Origin: Phoronis australis
Taxonomy: Eukaryota > Animalia > Phoronida
Assembly (NCBI GenBank): GCA_002633005.1
Contig: NMRA01000404.1
Location: 209,394-273,393 of the forward strand
Direction of reading: 5' to 3'
Length of the DNA: 64,000 bases
The translations under genes and the position numbers were made by a program. The notes beneath the pieces are model-generated. The model was not told the DNA's origin and searched no databases. It saw only the letters and a program-made list of their open reading frames with translations. Of this stretch, positions 61,030-64,000 are shown one piece after another; position 1 is the first letter of the stretch, and every line of letters begins with the position of its first letter.

Positions 61030-61190
61030 CTATTTTCGTCAGGCTCCAAAGTTCGCCCGCCATCTTGTTTCGCATGCAGCGCAACCACGCGGGACTTAGC
61101 GTTCCAATTTGGAGTTCTCGTCTGCACGTTAGGTACTAACTTATCGGAAGAGACACGTATCAAAGTAATGAGACAAAAATCGGTGAGTTT
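61030..61190. promoter_or_regulatory. Head-to-head promoter / first-exon region of ERI3 (-) and ZFYVE9/16 (+)
   Basis: CpG-richer patch; CCGCCATCTT (YY1-type, AAGATGGCGG on minus) at 61057-61066; minus donor at 61029 and plus donor CG|GTGAGT at ~61183. Confidence 0.5.
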
Positions 61191-61276
61191 ACCGATTGTT
61201 TTTTAAAACCACTTAAAAATCAGTAGATTTTACTAATACACTTTTTTGTGCGTTTTCAGAAGATGTTTTCGAATTT

Positions 61277-61648
61277 NNNNNNNNNNNNNNNNNNNNNNNN
61301 NNNNNNNNNNNNNNNNNNNNNNNNNNNNNNNNNNNNNNNNNNNNNNNNNNNNNNNNNNNNNNNNNNNNNNNNNNNNNNNNNNNNNNNNNNNNNNNNNNNN
61401 NNNNNNNNNNNNNNNNNNNNNNNNNNNNNNNNNNNNNNNNNNNNNNNNNNNNNNNNNNNNNNNNNNNNNNNNNNNNNNNNNNNNNNNNNNNNNNNNNNNN
61501 NNNNNNNNNNNNNNNNNNNNNNNNNNNNNNNNNNNNNNNNNNNNNNNNNNNNNNNNNNNNNNNNNNNNNNNNNNNNNNNNNNNNNNNNNNNNNNNNNNNN
61601 NNNNNNNNNNNNNNNNNNNNNNNNNNNNNNNNNNNNNNNNNNNNNNNN
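61277..61648. other. Assembly gap
   Basis: Run of N. Confidence 1.
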
Positions 61649-61653
61649 GTCAC

Positions 61654-61969
61654 CAGGGGCGGATCCAGGATTTTGAGTTGGGGGGGGGGCAGGGCACAGG
61701 AATTTCGGCAGATGCGCGCGCCCATCCTCAAATGGGGGGACGCAGGGGCCTCGAATCTTTGGGTTTGTGGACCTGTTGACTAAAAAAAATTAAAAAAAAA
61801 AACGGTGAATGGGGTTTCTTCAGAGCCTATGCATTGTTTATTCCCCCTTCGCCCCCCTGGTTGCATGCGTGTGCTAGTCAGCGATTCGCACCCGATCTCC
61901 CAAATAGTATCTGGTAGAATTTTAGTGTAGGCCATGGTCCCCTAGGCCCTTCCCTTAAATCTGCCACTG
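61654..61969. mobile_element. MITE (reverse copy of the 30976-31324 family), next to an assembly gap
   Basis: CAGGGGCGGATCCAGGATTTT ... AAATCTGCCACTG; TSD not recoverable. Confidence 0.7.
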
Positions 61970-62164
61970 CAAACAAAGTTCCATTTTACAAATTATGGAA
62001 TAATATTGAACAGGAAATTACCCTACATTTTCTGCTGAAGTATGCCACAGTTCCACATCTCAGGCGAGGCAGTCCAATCAAGCCTGTTGTACTATTAAGA
62101 GGAAATGCATGGTCTGTGTTGTCTTATTCATTATCTTATGTCTTTTTAGATCACACTTTTCATC

Positions 62165-64000
62165 ATGGATAAATTTGTTGTGGATCTCGACAAAGTGCTG
62201 GATGACCTTGAACTTAATGAAGGTGAAATATGTAAATGCTTGCCTAGACAACCATTTGTATACTAGTCATATAAAACTTTAAAGGAGAGAGCAACTGCTT
62301 TTGGTGTTACCTTTACCTAAAATAAAAATCCTTGTTTATATTTGAGACATTTTCAGCCTTAATGTTTCCCTAGCCCACTGTGAATCTGCACTTAGAAAAG
62401 TGGCATGTCCTAAGTCTTCATTGTTTAGGTTTATGTATATTTACTACAATATGCAATTTGAAAATGAAAATTGAGCAGGAAACCTGCGCATGTATCATTT
62501 CCATCATAACAGCAACGGCGTCTTCCCATTTTTGGACATATTCAAGATATTCTGCGCCATCTGCTGGCCATTTTATGATACTAATGAACAAGCCTGTAGG
62601 TAAAATGTTCGTAGTGCAGTCGTGGGAACATTTCAAGGCTTTGTATTGCTCTTCTTAAAAGTAAAGGTAACATCAGTTGCATTTCCCCTCCACTGGGTTA
62701 GTTTGGTTATTGACCCACATTTGAAGCTGTAGGCAGTAATGTTCAATACTGAGGTGGAGTTATGTGATATCTTGTTGCAACATGTCCAACATTGCTTTAG
62801 GCGGTAATGTTCAATACTGAACTGGAGTTATGTGATATCTTGTTACAACATGTTTAACATTGCTTTAGGCAGTAATGTTCAATACTGAGGTGGAGTTATG
62901 TGATATCTTGTTATCAACATATTTAACATTGCTTTAGGCAGTAATGTTCAATACTGAGGTGGAGTTATGTGATATCTTGTTATCAACATATTTAACATTG
63001 CTTTAGGCAGTAATGTTCATGGAGTTATGTGATATCTTGTTATCAACATTTTTAACATTGCTTTAGGCAGTAATGTTCAATACTGAGGTGGAGTTATGTG
63101 ATATCTTGTTACAACCTGTTTAACGTTGATGTAACCACGTCTTGTTTGTTTATTGAATATATAATCTGAATAATTTGCTTTATAGTTGTTGGTCATTCTA
63201 TTTTTACTTGCAGTAACATGGACCAGGCTTTAACTATTAGTTTGAATGTAATTAATCAGACATTTCCAAGACCTTTATAAATGCATTTTATCAGCCTGAA
63301 AATGTATTGATCAGGGTTTTATAAATAATTGAAAGTACTGATTGTATTTATTATTATCAGAATGGAGTTCTTCATCAATGAATTATTTTTTCATTAGAGA
63401 ATTCATTAGAGAAGGAAGGTGAATATTAGACTTTCTTGTTCCAGACATATCTCAATGCATTATTTAGATTCATGTCATGATGTGAATCAAAGCGATTCAG
63501 TAGTAGTTCTCTGTTTTCAGATGAGCAGAATGTACCAGGTGCTGGCAAGTCTCAGTTGCTTCAGGGTACTATGGACAACCCTTATTCAGCTCTGAATGAA
63601 CCCGTCATTGCCTCGTCTACAATGCCCAGTCATATCATCAAGACAGATTCAGTTGACAGTACATTGAGTTATGATGCTCCTTACAGCCCCTCACAGCCTC
63701 TCGATTTGTCAGAGGCAGATTTCGGCCCGTCCCCACCTAAACCTTCACTGTTGGATTCCGACGTGTTTAGCCCTGTGCCCACCCTCCTGCCATCCCTGTT
63801 GCCACTGACGCCATCTGTTGTTGGTTCACAGCCCAATGCATCACTGTCTTCACACATGGAGTCCTCACCAACAGTGAGTACTAACACTGTGATGTCTGAG
63901 GCAGATCAAACTGCTCAGTCATGCTTACTGACTAGTGCACAGGACTTAAACAATATGAATTGTGCAGTGGACAGAGGGAGTGAAGAGAAATATTACACAC
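62165..64000 (+). CDS. ZFYVE9: SARA / endofin (ZFYVE9/ZFYVE16) N-terminal exons; gene continues beyond the window
   Basis: Exon 62165-62222 MDKFVVDLDKVLDDLELNE matches the conserved SARA/endofin N-terminal DLDKVLD motif; phase-1 intron; exon from 63521 open to the window end (S/P/D-rich). Confidence 0.8.
62730..63125 (+). repeat. ~68-bp tandem repeat x6 in a ZFYVE9/16 intron
   Basis: TAGGCAGTAATGTTCAATACTGAGGTGGAGTTATGTGATATCTTGTT... Confidence 0.95.

Noticed and set aside
61213-61779. Long ORFs in the ORF track
   Set aside because: Artefacts of translating through the N gap.
23698-63125. Regular repeat arrays resembling CRISPR
   Set aside because: Units are head-to-tail with no unique spacers, there are no cas genes and the DNA is eukaryotic.

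Overview
Eukaryotic (bilaterian invertebrate-type, AT-rich, intron-rich, scaffolded with N gaps) genomic window. Genes assembled by hand from GT/AG boundaries and recognisable protein motifs: 3' half of a brahma/SMARCA2-4 chromatin remodeller (+, 386-10004), CCDC152-like (-, 10912-15370), aveugle/SAMD10-12-like SAM adaptor (+, 22023-25206), a 79-aa secreted 8-Cys pacifastin/VWC-like peptide (-, 30841-31765), a possible decayed secreted-protein gene (-, ~34150-37725), GIPC (+, 38912-49325), ERI3 exonuclease (-, 51972-60380) and the start of SARA/ZFYVE9-16 (+, 62165 onward). Mobile DNA is abundant: a Merlin-like element (8-bp TSD) with a nested 5-bp-TSD element, many small CA..TG MITEs with 5-bp TSDs, a 6-bp-TSD element, a Helentron/HINE-like element whose internal repeats each carry a CTCF-type motif, a CR1/L2-like fragment and a HERO-like RLE retrotransposon remnant. 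The most unusual recurring signal is minisatellites that copy functional splice sites themselves (acceptor x3, donors x4, x2-3, x10), where every decoy use would create a premature stop. Two N-flanked duplications are probably assembly artefacts. All family assignments come from recognising motifs by eye, not from database searches.
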